A program made the position numbers and the translations under genes. The notes under the pieces are model-generated. The model was not told the origin of the DNA. It was given only the letters and a program-made list of their open reading frames with translations, and made no database searches. 64,000 nucleotides of DNA from positions 124,001 through 188,000 of the IMG/VR virus record IMGVR_UViG_3300037725_000018. The stretch is one strand, 5' to 3'. Within the stretch, counting starts at the first letter, position 1, and every line of letters starts with the position of its first letter. This document shows, piece by piece, positions 38,456-47,408 of the stretch.

Positions 38456-38665
38456 ATGGTTGTTGTATATACAAAGAAAACATTAAGGAAGATAGAATCA
38501 AAGGTCGTGGAAAAGTTTTTAGAAGAAGATGAGGACGCTTTTATTATGCCAGTGGAGCTTCCGGTGTTGAACTACAAGACGCAGCGGAGCATTGTCCAAA
38601 ACGCGATTCAGTCTACGTCGTGGGAAGAATACACAAACCCTGAAATGCGACCTCAAAACATATGA
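38456..38665 (+). CDS. Micro-protein (MVVVYTK)
   Basis: Family N-motif. Confidence 0.6.
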   Translation: MVVVYTKKTLRKIESKVVEKFLEEDEDAFIMPVELPVLNYKTQRSIVQNAIQSTSWEEYTNPEMRPQNI

Positions 38666-38844
38666 TCATTATCCTTCCAGAAAACGAAAAAGAACACGGG
38701 GCAGCTCTTTGGCGTCGGTGGGACAAAAATCCCAAGATACTTGTCCTTCCATACCGAATGTCAAGTTTTCAAGGAGAAGGTGGGGCAGCCGTTTTCGGGA
38801 GGGTAAGGTTTCACGTAAAAGACAAACTAAGTAAAAAAGCATGA
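38662..38844 (+). CDS. Micro-protein (MIIILPE)
   Basis: Family N-motif; ATGA overlap. Confidence 0.65.
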   Translation: MIIILPENEKEHGAALWRRWDKNPKILVLPYRMSSFQGEGGAAVFGRVRFHVKDKLSKKA

Positions 38845-39035
38845 TGGTTTTGATCTTTCAAGATGAAGAGTAAAGAAGTAAGGTTCTTGAGCAGCCCGGA
38901 GCAACCTTTTTTTCAAAAGTCAAATGCCACGACAAGAACATTAGAATTAAAGAAACGTGTGAATTTCTTCAAGGCAGGCTAAGAAACTCTAAAAAGCTGT
39001 CTAAACTTTTGAGGCTAAAAATTAAAACGGCTTAA
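38841..39035 (+). pseudogene. Micro-protein with premature TAA (MMVLIFQDEE*RSKVLEQ...KIKTA*)
   Basis: In-frame TAA at 38871-38873; frame stays open to 39035. Confidence 0.65.
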
Positions 39036-39043
39036 TAGAAGAA

Positions 39044-39238
39044 ATGCAAATCATCTTCAACGACATAGACGAAATCAAATCGTGCATCGAAGAGTCAATA
39101 TATGCCAACTCGAAAACGCGCACCCTTAGAGGAACAAATGTTTCCATAAACGTTTGGGACATGTGGCACACCGATTATGTGCGAGCTAATGGAGCAGAGG
39201 TTATAAAAAAAGTTAGATCCAAATTGAAAGAAGAATGA
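39044..39238 (+). CDS. Micro-protein (MQIIFND)
   Basis: Family N-motif. Confidence 0.65.
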   Translation: MQIIFNDIDEIKSCIEESIYANSKTRTLRGTNVSINVWDMWHTDYVRANGAEVIKKVRSKLKEE

Positions 39239-39450
39239 TTATATACTTCGAACGTGGCGAAAAACAAAAAAGCCACCTGCGCGGCCTTTTTGGAAGGCAA
39301 AAGAAAACAGACCTTTCCTTCCACTTCGGAAAGATTGAAGACACAGACTGCTATTGGTATAACATTTCCGGAAACACAAAACGAAAAAGACCGGGTGAAG
39401 GTCTTAGAAGCAGAGAGCACTTAAAATTCATAACCGAAATTGCAATTTGA
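39235..39450 (+). CDS. Micro-protein (MIIYFER)
   Basis: Family N-motif; ATGA overlap. Confidence 0.65.
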   Translation: MIIYFERGEKQKSHLRGLFGRQKKTDLSFHFGKIEDTDCYWYNISGNTKRKRPGEGLRSREHLKFITEIAI

Positions 39451-39457
39451 AAACCCC

Positions 39458-39643
39458 ATGCATATACTTTTTGAGGACACACGCGAATTTAAAAAATACG
39501 ACGGGACGTTTTATTACTTCAACGGTGGGCCGGAAATTTACGCGCATGAAGCAAGTGTTTTGACATACAGACGCAAAAAACTTACATTAGACAAACAAAA
39601 AAGAAAGCGCGTAAAAAAGAGGCTCAAAAAAAACATCGCATAA
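39458..39643 (+). CDS. Micro-protein (MHILFED)
   Basis: Family N-motif. Confidence 0.65.
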   Translation: MHILFEDTREFKKYDGTFYYFNGGPEIYAHEASVLTYRRKKLTLDKQKRKRVKKRLKKNIA

Positions 39644-39662
39644 CGGCGGCAGCAGGCAAAAA

Positions 39663-39848
39663 ATGGTTATTATAGTATCGGAAGAAAACACAAAACAAAA
39701 AACGTGGACGTTTTACGATAAAAATTTTTTTTCAGATCACAAGACGTGGTTTATCCCCACGGAGTCTTATGAAATAGAGCAAGGAGAAAGGTTCCCAAGC
39801 GTCCGGAGAAAAGCGAATACATCCCATATCATCAAGTCTCTTTCTTAA
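39663..39848 (+). CDS. Micro-protein (MVIIVSE)
   Basis: Family N-motif. Confidence 0.65.
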   Translation: MVIIVSEENTKQKTWTFYDKNFFSDHKTWFIPTESYEIEQGERFPSVRRKANTSHIIKSLS

Positions 39849-39852
39849 ACCA

Positions 39853-40020
39853 GTGATTATAGCAATTCCAGAATCCAAATTTGAGTGGCAAGTTTTCTAT
39901 CAAGACTTACCTTTTAAAGATTTAAAAGTTGTCCCGGAACCCCGAATTTACGATAACTACATAGAAATGTCAAGAAAAAGAACGGTTCTTTCGATAATAA
40001 AGGAACAAACAACTTCTTGA
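39853..40020 (+). CDS. Micro-protein (GTG start, MIIAIPE), 55 aa
   Basis: Manual translation. Confidence 0.55.
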   Translation: MIIAIPESKFEWQVFYQDLPFKDLKVVPEPRIYDNYIEMSRKRTVLSIIKEQTTS

Positions 40021-40022
40021 AA

Positions 40023-40082
40023 ATGATCATCACGATTCCAGCGGAGAATAATAAAGAAAGAGAAAAATGGGAATGCTTGTAA
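40023..40082 (+). pseudogene. Truncated micro-protein remnant MIITIPAENNKEREKWECL*
   Basis: Family N-motif, only 19 aa. Confidence 0.45.
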
Positions 40083-40249
40083 TCTTTGAAAATTTTGAAG
40101 AAATGGACAAAGTTTCAAAACCGAAGGGAAAGTACGAGCTTGTCGGGGAAGCAAAAGTCCCCGCGTTCAACGTCCACGTCAAAAGAAACTTCAAACGCCC
40201 AAGCGTGTTTAGAAGAGAAATGAAAATAGCTGTGTTCTCTAAGTTGTAA
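40073..40249 (+). CDS. Micro-protein (MLVIFEN)
   Basis: Family N-motif. Confidence 0.65.
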   Translation: MLVIFENFEEMDKVSKPKGKYELVGEAKVPAFNVHVKRNFKRPSVFRREMKIAVFSKL

Positions 40250-40428
40250 GAGCAAAAGCAATAAGACAGCCATCCCGACCACTTTTCCTTGGACATGATA
40301 CAGACAAAGAGTATTACAACATCCGGTCACACAAACCCGAAAGCGGTTTATTAGTAGGTGGTTTGCATATAAACGGGGAAAAGCTTTCTAGCCATTGGAT
40401 ATATGTCAGGTGAGTGAATGGAAGAAAG

Positions 40429-40461
40429 CCCCACACAAGGCAAATAAAACCTCACGTGAGG
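40429..40461. repeat. CCCCACACAAGGC imperfect hairpin, copy 1
   Basis: Related copies at 41217 and 46867. Confidence 0.7.
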
Positions 40462-40788
40462 TAAAATATGGTTTTTATATTGAGACCGGGGCGAAAACCA
40501 TTTCATTTTTACCGGGGGTACCGATTATAGCAAGTTATTTTTACCCCCACCCCCCTGTAGAATGTACACAGCCTTGTAGTAGATGGTAGAATGTACATGT
40601 GAATTCAAAAAGCCGTTTCAAAACGAAATGCAAAAGCTTCAATTCAAGACAAAGCACATGTAGTTTTTACCGTTTGCAGTTTTGGCATGGAATTTGCCTT
40701 CTGCGTCAAAACAAGACGTGTAGCTTTTACAAGGGAGGTGGGCGTTGGCATACAGTTTGCTTTAAAAAACCATAAACAGATAATTGGC

Positions 40789-40950
40789 ATGATTGTTGTT
40801 ATCGAAAGAAGAGAAGACATAAACGGCTCCAGCCTTAAATTTTTTGATTCTGAAATAAGGCTAAAAGTAGGCAGGGCAGTTGTTCGTAGGTGGTGCCCGT
40901 CTGGGTGGCCTTTACGATACAAAAGAGAGTACATCCGAAAGCATATTTGA
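40789..40950 (+). CDS. Micro-protein (MIVVIER)
   Basis: Family N-motif. Confidence 0.6.
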   Translation: MIVVIERREDINGSSLKFFDSEIRLKVGRAVVRRWCPSGWPLRYKREYIRKHI

Positions 40951-40969
40951 AAACCAGTTGAAAAAAGAT

Positions 40970-41143
40970 ATGATCGTTATCCTTGTTGAAGAGAAGGCCA
41001 ATTCTTTTAGCGTCGAAGACTTTGAAAAAGAAGTTGCAGTTATCCCAAGTGCAAAGGCGTACGTCTCTCTTTCGGTTCTTTCAAATGTTCAAGGGCTAAA
41101 GATGCGGAGGCGACATGTGGATAATGCCATTCGAAAGCTTTAA
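40970..41143 (+). CDS. Micro-protein (MIVILVE)
   Basis: Family N-motif. Confidence 0.6.
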   Translation: MIVILVEEKANSFSVEDFEKEVAVIPSAKAYVSLSVLSNVQGLKMRRRHVDNAIRKL

Positions 41144-41216
41144 TAGAAGCCTCTGTCTTTTCTTCTAAGAAGTTTTTCATGTGTGCCCTTGCGGTGGGAT
41201 AGGCAAATAAAAAAAA

Positions 41217-41250
41217 CCCCACACAAGGCAAATTGGCGCCTCGCGTGGGG
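41217..41250. repeat. CCCCACACAAGGC imperfect hairpin, copy 2 (convergent junction, possible terminator)
   Basis: CCCCACACAAGGC-AAATTGGC-GCCTCGCGTGGGG. Confidence 0.75.
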
Positions 41251-41277
41251 AATTGGGTGCCCGAATGTGGCCGACGT

Positions 41278-41523
41278 TTACAGATTCATCGCCATAGCCG
41301 AAGCCAAGTGCTTCAAGAAGTGATGGATATCTCCGTTTTTGAAATCAATCTTTCGAATGATCCTTTCAATCCGTTTCCTCTCTTGTCCCCGCGTCTGTTT
41401 GATCTGTTCAATCACATTTGAAGCTTGGATGTAGTTGACGGTTCCGTTTTCAGACTCGACGGTGTAAGTGCGGGTAGTGTCAACGTCTGCTTCCTTGAAG
41501 TACGTCGTGATGAAGTCGTTCAT
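41278..41523 (-). CDS. Hypothetical protein (MNDFITTYF)
   Basis: Class A promoter at 41600. Confidence 0.75.
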   Translation of the reverse strand: MNDFITTYFKEADVDTTRTYTVESENGTVNYIQASNVIEQIKQTRGQERKRIERIIRKIDFKNGDIHHFLKHLASAMAMNL

Positions 41524-41627
41524 CGGCTTTTTGTTTTGTGAAAGAGTCTCCATTGTCACGTCTAACAACACAATTAAAAAACGAGCGCCCCCCAAGGATG
41601 TTCCCAAGGGAGGCGCTCGTCTTGGTT

Positions 41628-41897
41628 TTACCAATCCCAACTGTCCCAATTGTTTTCGGTTTCAAAAACCACTTCTCCGTCTTCGACTCGCTGAATAATG
41701 TTTTTGTTATACAACGTGTACGTTCTCATTCGCCCGTCAGAATACTTCATGACAAGCGAGTGGTCGGAAGGAAGAGTCTTCGTCTCCCGGCCTTCATTTT
41801 TGGAAAAACGAAAGTAATGCTTTGCTTCTTCTTTCCGGTAAAACACATTCAAGTGTTCATCGGAGAGAACAAAAAACGGGGCTTCGTAATCAAACAT
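41628..41897 (-). CDS. Hypothetical protein (MFDYEAPF)
   Basis: Class A promoter at 41966. Confidence 0.7.
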   Translation of the reverse strand: MFDYEAPFFVLSDEHLNVFYRKEEAKHYFRFSKNEGRETKTLPSDHSLVMKYSDGRMRTYTLYNKNIIQRVEDGEVVFETENNWDSWDW

Positions 41898-42013
41898 GTT
41901 TCTGTTTGCTTTTATGAAGTTTCCTCTCTTTAAGCCAGTGCAATAAACAAGCGCCCCCCAAGGGTGTTCCCAAGGAAGACGCTCGTTTTGGTTTTTCAAT
42001 TGCAACTTCCTTT

Positions 42014-42184
42014 TTACGAAGGAAGTGGAACTTCCGTCACGTTGGGTTCGCCATAGTTTTCTTCTAGCTCTTCAATCGAATCGTACCCGGCGTCGTCTAC
42101 GTAATACGCCAAAGCATCTTCTTTGCTTTCGGCGGCGTAGAGGCCCAACATGGTTCCGTTTGCGGAAATCTCAAATGCTTTCAT
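42014..42184 (-). CDS. Small acidic protein (MKAFEISANG)
   Basis: Class A promoter at 42248. Confidence 0.7.
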   Translation of the reverse strand: MKAFEISANGTMLGLYAAESKEDALAYYVDDAGYDSIEELEENYGEPNVTEVPLPS

Positions 42185-42237
42185 GAGCTTCGGTGGTTTT
42201 TGTTTTCTTTCCCTGTGCAACCTTGTAAACCCACAGC

Positions 42238-42510
42238 CTACGAGTATGTTTCACGAACGCACGTGAACGTTTCTTCCGGCCACGGGGGACCGGAGATTTC
42301 CCGAAGCTGCCTTCCGTCTTCATCAATCTCAAAGACTTCCACATCTTCGAGCTTCGCCTCTTCCCACGGGAACAGGTTTAGCTCCATGTGGGCTTGATTT
42401 CGAGCGTTGTCTACCGCCTTTTGTGGACTTGCACTTGACCGGGCATAGACAAACCCGTATCGGCCCGAGTCCTTGCCAGTTGCAACTGCCGATGCTTCGT
42501 AGGTAGCCAT
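42238..42510 (-). CDS. Hypothetical protein
   Basis: ATG ORF. Confidence 0.7.
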   Translation of the reverse strand: MATYEASAVATGKDSGRYGFVYARSSASPQKAVDNARNQAHMELNLFPWEEAKLEDVEVFEIDEDGRQLREISGPPWPEETFTCVRETYS

Positions 42511-42646
42511 TTGTTTCTTTTGTCTTTGTGAACAGGTTCTCTTTTCTAAGCCACTACAACAACAACAACAACAACAAACAAAAGGGAAGGGGAACTGCTC
42601 CCCTTCCCGTGTGAAGATTTGTTTAACTAGTGAAACTTAGCTTCAG

Positions 42647-42841
42647 TTAAGAAGAAGACTTAGGGTAGATGATTTCCGAACCAACAGTTCGGGCGTCTTC
42701 GTCTTCGTAGCGGTAGAGAACTTCCGCGTCTTCCCCAAGACGCTTTGCGTGGTTTATAGCCTCTACCTCCGAAAGATAAAACGCGGTGTCCGGGCCGTAG
42801 TTTCCATCGGGGGAAACAAGGTATTCTTCTGAAATCGTCAT
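42647..42841 (-). CDS. Small acidic protein (MTISEEY)
   Basis: ATG ORF. Confidence 0.65.
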   Translation of the reverse strand: MTISEEYLVSPDGNYGPDTAFYLSEVEAINHAKRLGEDAEVLYRYEDEDARTVGSEIIYPKSSS

Positions 42842-42894
42842 ATCGGTTTTTGTTGTTAACTGTCTGTCTTGAAGCTTTGAGTTTCCTGTTAACC

Positions 42895-43176
42895 TCACAC
42901 ACTTGCCCAATCGGGATCTTCCCCTTCACGGGTAATGTCTTCGGCAGAAAAGCTTCGGACCCGGTGAGGAAAGAAATACACCTTCATATTTTCCCCATCG
43001 ATAGAAGCGACGTATCCACCACTTCCTTCGGTGGCCTTGTCAAGTTGACGCCGCACCTCGTAGGATTGGGGAGTGTCGTCAAACTCGACGGTAATGGTTC
43101 CTTCTTCCTCAAGCTGGTGCCAGAACTCTTCAGTTGCCGGGTGCGGGTCTTCAACGTGAACGTGAATGTTATCCAT
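42895..43176 (-). CDS. Small acidic protein
   Basis: Class A promoter at 43251. Confidence 0.75.
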   Translation of the reverse strand: MDNIHVHVEDPHPATEEFWHQLEEEGTITVEFDDTPQSYEVRRQLDKATEGSGGYVASIDGENMKVYFFPHRVRSFSAEDITREGEDPDWASV

Positions 43177-43995
43177 AGGGTTAAGTGTTTGGGATGTTGC
43201 GGATTGTCTGCCGAAAAATGCGTGTGCTTAAAAAGGTGTTGGAAGATGAAGTTCCGTGAAGCTTGTGTGAAGTGTGAATACTCTGTGAAGAGGGAACACT
43301 TTGTTGGTTTGAAGGTTTAAGTTAGTGCAGGGGGAGGAATATCTTTTTTTGCGTAAGTAGATTCTGTGAAGTGGAATGAATATTGCTTCGGTAGCAAATT
43401 CCATTCCAACCCTTCCGGCAGGTGTTCATTCAATATTGATTTATGTTTCCTGTAGAGACTCAAGTAAACTTATTTTAGCCCCCAACCCTCTTAGACGCCG
43501 TTGAACGGGCTTTGGGCTTTTATTTGAATATTGAATATTGAATATTGAACGCCAAGTGCCAACCAACCTGCCTTCAGCGGCTACAGACGTAGATTCTATG
43601 TTTCTCGCTCGGGGTTTGGTAAACTTATTTATTGTTGGAACGGGTTTTGCTACCGTAGACATACAATAACACATCAAATACTATGCCACACCCCAAGGCA
43701 CATAGATCGCCTCTAAGCGGTTTAAGTGTTTGTAGGTATGTGGGGCAAGGCCATGTGGCGAAATCCACGCACACACGCGCACGTGCGCCCGTGAGGCTTG
43801 TCTTGATGTTAGCGGTGCAACGCTGTCCCCGCGTCTTTTGACACACGCTCCCTTGTGAGCTTAGGGACCTAAGTATGAGAAAAGATGCGGGGACGCTTTT
43901 CACGTGTCCCCGTTGACAGACGCCGAAGTTTTTTGATACACATTTGCCGGGTGGGAACAAACTTATAGTTTCCCCCGTTTTAGCGCCAAAAAAAG

Positions 43996-44169
43996 ATGAT
44001 CGTCGTTATAGACAAAAAAGAAAGAGAAGACTTCGCTGCAACCAAGTTTCACAAGTTCGTAAACGTCCCTCCGGGTATGAGAAAAGACGTGGGGTGTCTT
44101 CATAACTTAGAAGACGGGTCCGGGCACCTTCTTCGGTTTGCAAAAGTTTTAGTCAAGTCTTACTTGTGA
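43996..44169 (+). CDS. Micro-protein (MIVVIDK), 57 aa
   Basis: Manual translation. Confidence 0.6.
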   Translation: MIVVIDKKEREDFAATKFHKFVNVPPGMRKDVGCLHNLEDGSGHLLRFAKVLVKSYL

Positions 44170-44243
44170 AAGAAAAAGCTGACGTGCGTGGTCCCCGTAT
44201 ACAATTTTTATTAGCCAATGCCAATGTCAATTTTTATCCGTTT

Positions 44244-44456
44244 ATGGTTGTTCTTATTGAAACAAAAACAGAAGACGAAGAGTTTTACAATTACGTGTCC
44301 GGGATGCGGGTTTTGGTTTTGGGGACTTTTGAAACGGTCCCTTTATATCGAATACCGGATTTTGAAATTTTTAAGGTAGCCAAAACTGAAGGCTTCTGTG
44401 TAAAGGAGAATGGTCGGCTCACAATTCTTCATCACGGAATAGCAAAAGTGAGGTAA
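44244..44456 (+). CDS. Micro-protein (MVVLIET)
   Basis: Paralog of next ORF. Confidence 0.7.
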   Translation: MVVLIETKTEDEEFYNYVSGMRVLVLGTFETVPLYRIPDFEIFKVAKTEGFCVKENGRLTILHHGIAKVR

Positions 44457-44461
44457 AAAAG

Positions 44462-44665
44462 ATGGTTCTTGTTTTCGAAGACGAAACAGAAAAAGAAAGG
44501 TTTGACAAACAGGTGTCCGAAACGGGCGTGGGAGTGTTTGGCCTTTTTGAAACCCTTTCTTTGTATAAAGAAAAAGCATTTAAGGTTCTTCGGTTTGCCA
44601 AAAGAGAAGGGCTAATTACAAGAGAAGACGGGCGTCTCATTTTAGTTTACTATGGAGTAGAGTAA
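44462..44665 (+). CDS. Micro-protein (MVLVFED)
   Basis: Paralog of previous ORF. Confidence 0.7.
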   Translation: MVLVFEDETEKERFDKQVSETGVGVFGLFETLSLYKEKAFKVLRFAKREGLITREDGRLILVYYGVE

Positions 44666-44681
44666 AACGTAGGGAAAAAAG

Positions 44682-44906
44682 ATGGTTATTCTTGTTGAAA
44701 ACAAAAGAGAAAAAACCCCTTTGAAAAAAGCGTGTGGGGGAAGAGTTGAAGACGAATTTGAACTTTTAAAAGAGCGGATTCTGTTGCACGCGGGGCACTC
44801 GTCTCCGATGGATTTTCTAGTGTACATCAAAAAAAGGCTCCACTCTTGCCCAAGCACCGGAAGACTTACCTGCGACATAACGCCAATACGTAACAACAAA
44901 AAATAA
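44682..44906 (+). CDS. Micro-protein (MVILVEN)
   Basis: Family N-motif. Confidence 0.65.
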   Translation: MVILVENKREKTPLKKACGGRVEDEFELLKERILLHAGHSSPMDFLVYIKKRLHSCPSTGRLTCDITPIRNNKK

Positions 44907-44915
44907 CAGACAGTT

Positions 44916-45113
44916 GTGGTTGTTATCATTGAAGACTCGAAACTTGTTTCAGAAATTCAAGACTACTTCTCCGTCTGTTTAGAGGAAAATCTTGATGTGT
45001 ATGAGCAGGTTTGGCTTTGCCGTGTGGATAGCAGCAAGCCGGAATATTTGCGTTTTATGAAAAAACGCGGATTTGACAGGATAGAAGAGAACAAAAGAAT
45101 GATTTTTAAGTAA
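44916..45113 (+). CDS. Micro-protein (MVVIIED)
   Basis: Family N-motif. Confidence 0.65.
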   Translation: MVVIIEDSKLVSEIQDYFSVCLEENLDVYEQVWLCRVDSSKPEYLRFMKKRGFDRIEENKRMIFK

Positions 45114-45165
45114 GCATACGCAAGGGAAAAATTAGCTCCTTCATCAAAACTGCGTAAAGTGTGCA

Positions 45166-45351
45166 ATGATTGTTTTCGTTGTTGAAAGCACAGAAGGCAA
45201 GTCCGCGTTTTTTGATTTGACAAACAAAAACCGGAAAAACTTTGGAAGCGGCGTAAGCGTGGTTTTCTCTCATAAGTACGTCGGCTCCGGAACGGCCCGA
45301 GAATGCGCTTTGAAAGTCAAACAAAAGATCAAAAAATCCAAGCAAAAGTAA
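45166..45351 (+). CDS. Micro-protein (MIVFVVE)
   Basis: Family N-motif. Confidence 0.6.
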   Translation: MIVFVVESTEGKSAFFDLTNKNRKNFGSGVSVVFSHKYVGSGTARECALKVKQKIKKSKQK

Positions 45352-45357
45352 TGAGCC

Positions 45358-45543
45358 GTGGTTATCCTAATAGAAAGCAAAAAAGAGGAAAAAGAGCTTA
45401 ATAACTTAGTGAGGAGTTCTGGTTTTGAACTTGACTTTCTTGAAAGACTTCCTGCCTTTTGGCACGTGCCGGAACTTTTGCTGCGTGACCTGAAAACGGT
45501 AGGTTTTAAAACAGAACAAAGGCGATTAAAATTTAATCGGTAG
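45358..45543 (+). CDS. Micro-protein (MVILIES)
   Basis: Family N-motif. Confidence 0.65.
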   Translation: MVILIESKKEEKELNNLVRSSGFELDFLERLPAFWHVPELLLRDLKTVGFKTEQRRLKFNR

Positions 45544-45558
45544 TAACCGAATCAGCTA

Positions 45559-45753
45559 ATGATTGTCATTTTGAAAAACATACAGGAGGGCAGGCATTTA
45601 GAAAATGTTAAGGGGGTGGGTCCCAAAAGAGAAGAGGTCGTATACGAATATAGATATGGGCCACGCCTGCGGGTTCAAATCCTAAGAGATTGCAGAAAAG
45701 GGGCAAAAGAAGGTGGGGAGCGGCTGAAAATTCCGGGCCGAATACGTCAGTAA
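45559..45753 (+). CDS. Micro-protein (MIVILKN)
   Basis: Paralog of next ORF. Confidence 0.7.
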   Translation: MIVILKNIQEGRHLENVKGVGPKREEVVYEYRYGPRLRVQILRDCRKGAKEGGERLKIPGRIRQ

Positions 45754-45769
45754 AAACAGATATGTAAAT

Positions 45770-45970
45770 ATGATCGTCATTGCAAATAACTTAAATGAAG
45801 ACCGTTGGATAGTGGGACACCCGAATATCGAAAGAAAAGAAATTGCCTACGTTTACGTGTGGACACGGGAAGAGAGGACCCGTCTTTTAAAAGACTTCAG
45901 GCGGGGGATAAAAAAGAGTGGCAAAAGGCTAAAAATGCCCGATCACATGGAAACAAGTAAAAAATGGTAA
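45770..45970 (+). CDS. Micro-protein (MIVIANN)
   Basis: Paralog of previous ORF. Confidence 0.7.
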   Translation: MIVIANNLNEDRWIVGHPNIERKEIAYVYVWTREERTRLLKDFRRGIKKSGKRLKMPDHMETSKKW

Positions 45971-45981
45971 AAACGCTTCCC

Positions 45982-46173
45982 ATGATATTCATCTTCAAAG
46001 AGTTTGAGTACTCAAACAACATTGACTTCTTTAAAGAGACGATTATTTCAAGCGACGGGTTGGTAAAGTCCGGTTCTGTCGTTGCCGATTCTCCCGGAAC
46101 AATCCCTCTAACAAAGAGTTCATACAAAAAAATCAAAGAATACGTCAAAACCCGGTTGTCAAACAAACAGTGA
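45982..46173 (+). CDS. Micro-protein (MIFIFKE)
   Basis: Family N-motif. Confidence 0.6.
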   Translation: MIFIFKEFEYSNNIDFFKETIISSDGLVKSGSVVADSPGTIPLTKSSYKKIKEYVKTRLSNKQ

Positions 46174-46355
46174 TCATCATCGAAGAAAACATGTTTGAAC
46201 AGAAGCTAACGTTTCCCATTCGGCTTGCCCCCGAAGAACGAGTAAGCCGAAAAGACGCTTTCTTAAACGGGTGTATCTCTGCGCTTACTTTGCATAACCC
46301 AAGTGAAGGCTGGACGAAAAGGCGGCTTTGTTTAATCACCGAACGTTACCAATAA
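46170..46355 (+). CDS. Micro-protein (MIIIEEN, GTG start)
   Basis: GTGA overlap. Confidence 0.6.
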   Translation: MIIIEENMFEQKLTFPIRLAPEERVSRKDAFLNGCISALTLHNPSEGWTKRRLCLITERYQ

Positions 46356-46374
46356 CGAAACCCTTTGAAAAGAT

Positions 46375-46572
46375 ATGGTCGTTTGCTTTGAAAACGAAAA
46401 TGAACTTGTTTCCAATACAACGATTCTTTTCGGGCGCAAGTCCGTAAACGGAATCATTCTTGACCCTGAAGAAATTTGTATAGTCAAAAGACCGGATAAT
46501 ATCCATGCCCAAGTTGAAAAAAGCTTTTCGACCTGTCGCCTCACCTGTTTTGTAAAAAGTTCACGCACATAA
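46375..46572 (+). CDS. Micro-protein (MVVCFEN)
   Basis: VNG subfamily. Confidence 0.65.
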   Translation: MVVCFENENELVSNTTILFGRKSVNGIILDPEEICIVKRPDNIHAQVEKSFSTCRLTCFVKSSRT

Positions 46573-46583
46573 AAACCGGACTC

Positions 46584-46784
46584 ATGGTTGTCTATTTTGA
46601 AAAAAGAACGGAGTTTCTAAACCATTCACAATTCACAAATCGATTTCGAACAACAATAACCGTTAACGGGCAGGTTCTTGTCAATTGCGAATATATCGTC
46701 TCGCCCAATAAAAAAGCGCCCCTTCAAATAAAAGAAAAGGACGTTCCTTTGTATCCGGGAACGCGCCTTGTTTTCGTTTTTTAA
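46584..46784 (+). CDS. Micro-protein (MVVYFEK)
   Basis: VNG subfamily. Confidence 0.65.
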   Translation: MVVYFEKRTEFLNHSQFTNRFRTTITVNGQVLVNCEYIVSPNKKAPLQIKEKDVPLYPGTRLVFVF

Positions 46785-46866
46785 ACGCTTGCCCAAAGCT
46801 TTGCAGAAGGCGCAAGACGGGTTTTCGGCTTTCGGTCTTTAAGGTACCCTTTACATACAGAGAAAA

Positions 46867-46900
46867 CCCCACACAAGGCGTCCATTTGCCTCATGTGGGG
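46867..46900. repeat. CCCCACACAAGGC imperfect hairpin, copy 3 (convergent junction, possible terminator)
   Basis: CCCCACACAAGGC-GTCCATTT-GCCTCATGTGGGG. Confidence 0.75.
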
Positions 46901-46928
46901 CCTCTTTTGTTTATGTGTTGGGGGGGGA

Positions 46929-47408
46929 TTACAAAAGCCTTCTTAGGGCTCGAAGAAGCGCCCCGCGAAAGTAGTTTCCGCTTTGCCGGGGGTCTCCGTC
47001 TCCGTAGGATCGGTACTTAACAAGCCCCCTACGCCGAAGTGCCCTCTTTGTTGCCGTTGGGTTTGCTGAAGTGACAAGCGGTTTGGTCGGGTCGTCTGCG
47101 TGAATGACGGTTGCGCGAATCACCTCCTTCATGGTTTCGGAAAGCTCTTCGGTGGACTGAAGGCGTGCAAGCTCGACCATTGACTTGCAATCCTCCGGGT
47201 CCCACATCCGATACCAACCGTCCGCTAAGTTGCGTGCAGGGTTAATGTCAAGAAACTCCGCAAGCCGATCAAGAGCCTCCTTGACCTCCTTTTCGCTTAT
47301 GTTAACACCATCGGCATTTAAAGCCATGTAAACGTCATGGGCGGTGAAGGCTTGCCCGTCCTCGTATTCGTTTTTCACCGTACTTGCAGTTTTCAAAATT
47401 ACGTCCAT
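46929..47408 (-). CDS. Hypothetical protein, possibly winged-helix DNA-binding
   Basis: FTAHDVY..ISEKEVKEAL; ATKRALRRRGLV; class A promoter at 47484. Confidence 0.7.
   Translation of the reverse strand: MDVILKTASTVKNEYEDGQAFTAHDVYMALNADGVNISEKEVKEALDRLAEFLDINPARNLADGWYRMWDPEDCKSMVELARLQSTEELSETMKEVIRATVIHADDPTKPLVTSANPTATKRALRRRGLVKYRSYGDGDPRQSGNYFRGALLRALRRLL

Larger units (their letters stand above)
36311..41143 (+). other. Array 1 of micro-protein family: 22 tandem ORFs including one nonsense and one truncated copy
   Basis: Starts at 36311,36537,36683,37032,37209,37372,37626,37810,38003,38277,38456,38662,38841,39044,39235,39458,39663,39853,40023,40073,40789,40970. Confidence 0.8.
43996..46784 (+). 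other. Array 2 of micro-protein family: 13 tandem ORFs
   Basis: Starts 43996,44244,44462,44682,44916,45166,45358,45559,45770,45982,46170,46375,46584. Confidence 0.85.

Noticed and set aside
42557-42575. (CAA)n microsatellite as a phase-variation switch
   Set aside because: Intergenic and downstream of the -10 of a variant promoter; nothing in the sequence indicates length variation or effect.
36311-46784. Short ORFs as fragments of long genes under a reassigned stop codon
   Set aside because: Each has its own conserved start motif, frames change between neighbours, all three stop codons are used, and long genes elsewhere are intact in the standard code.
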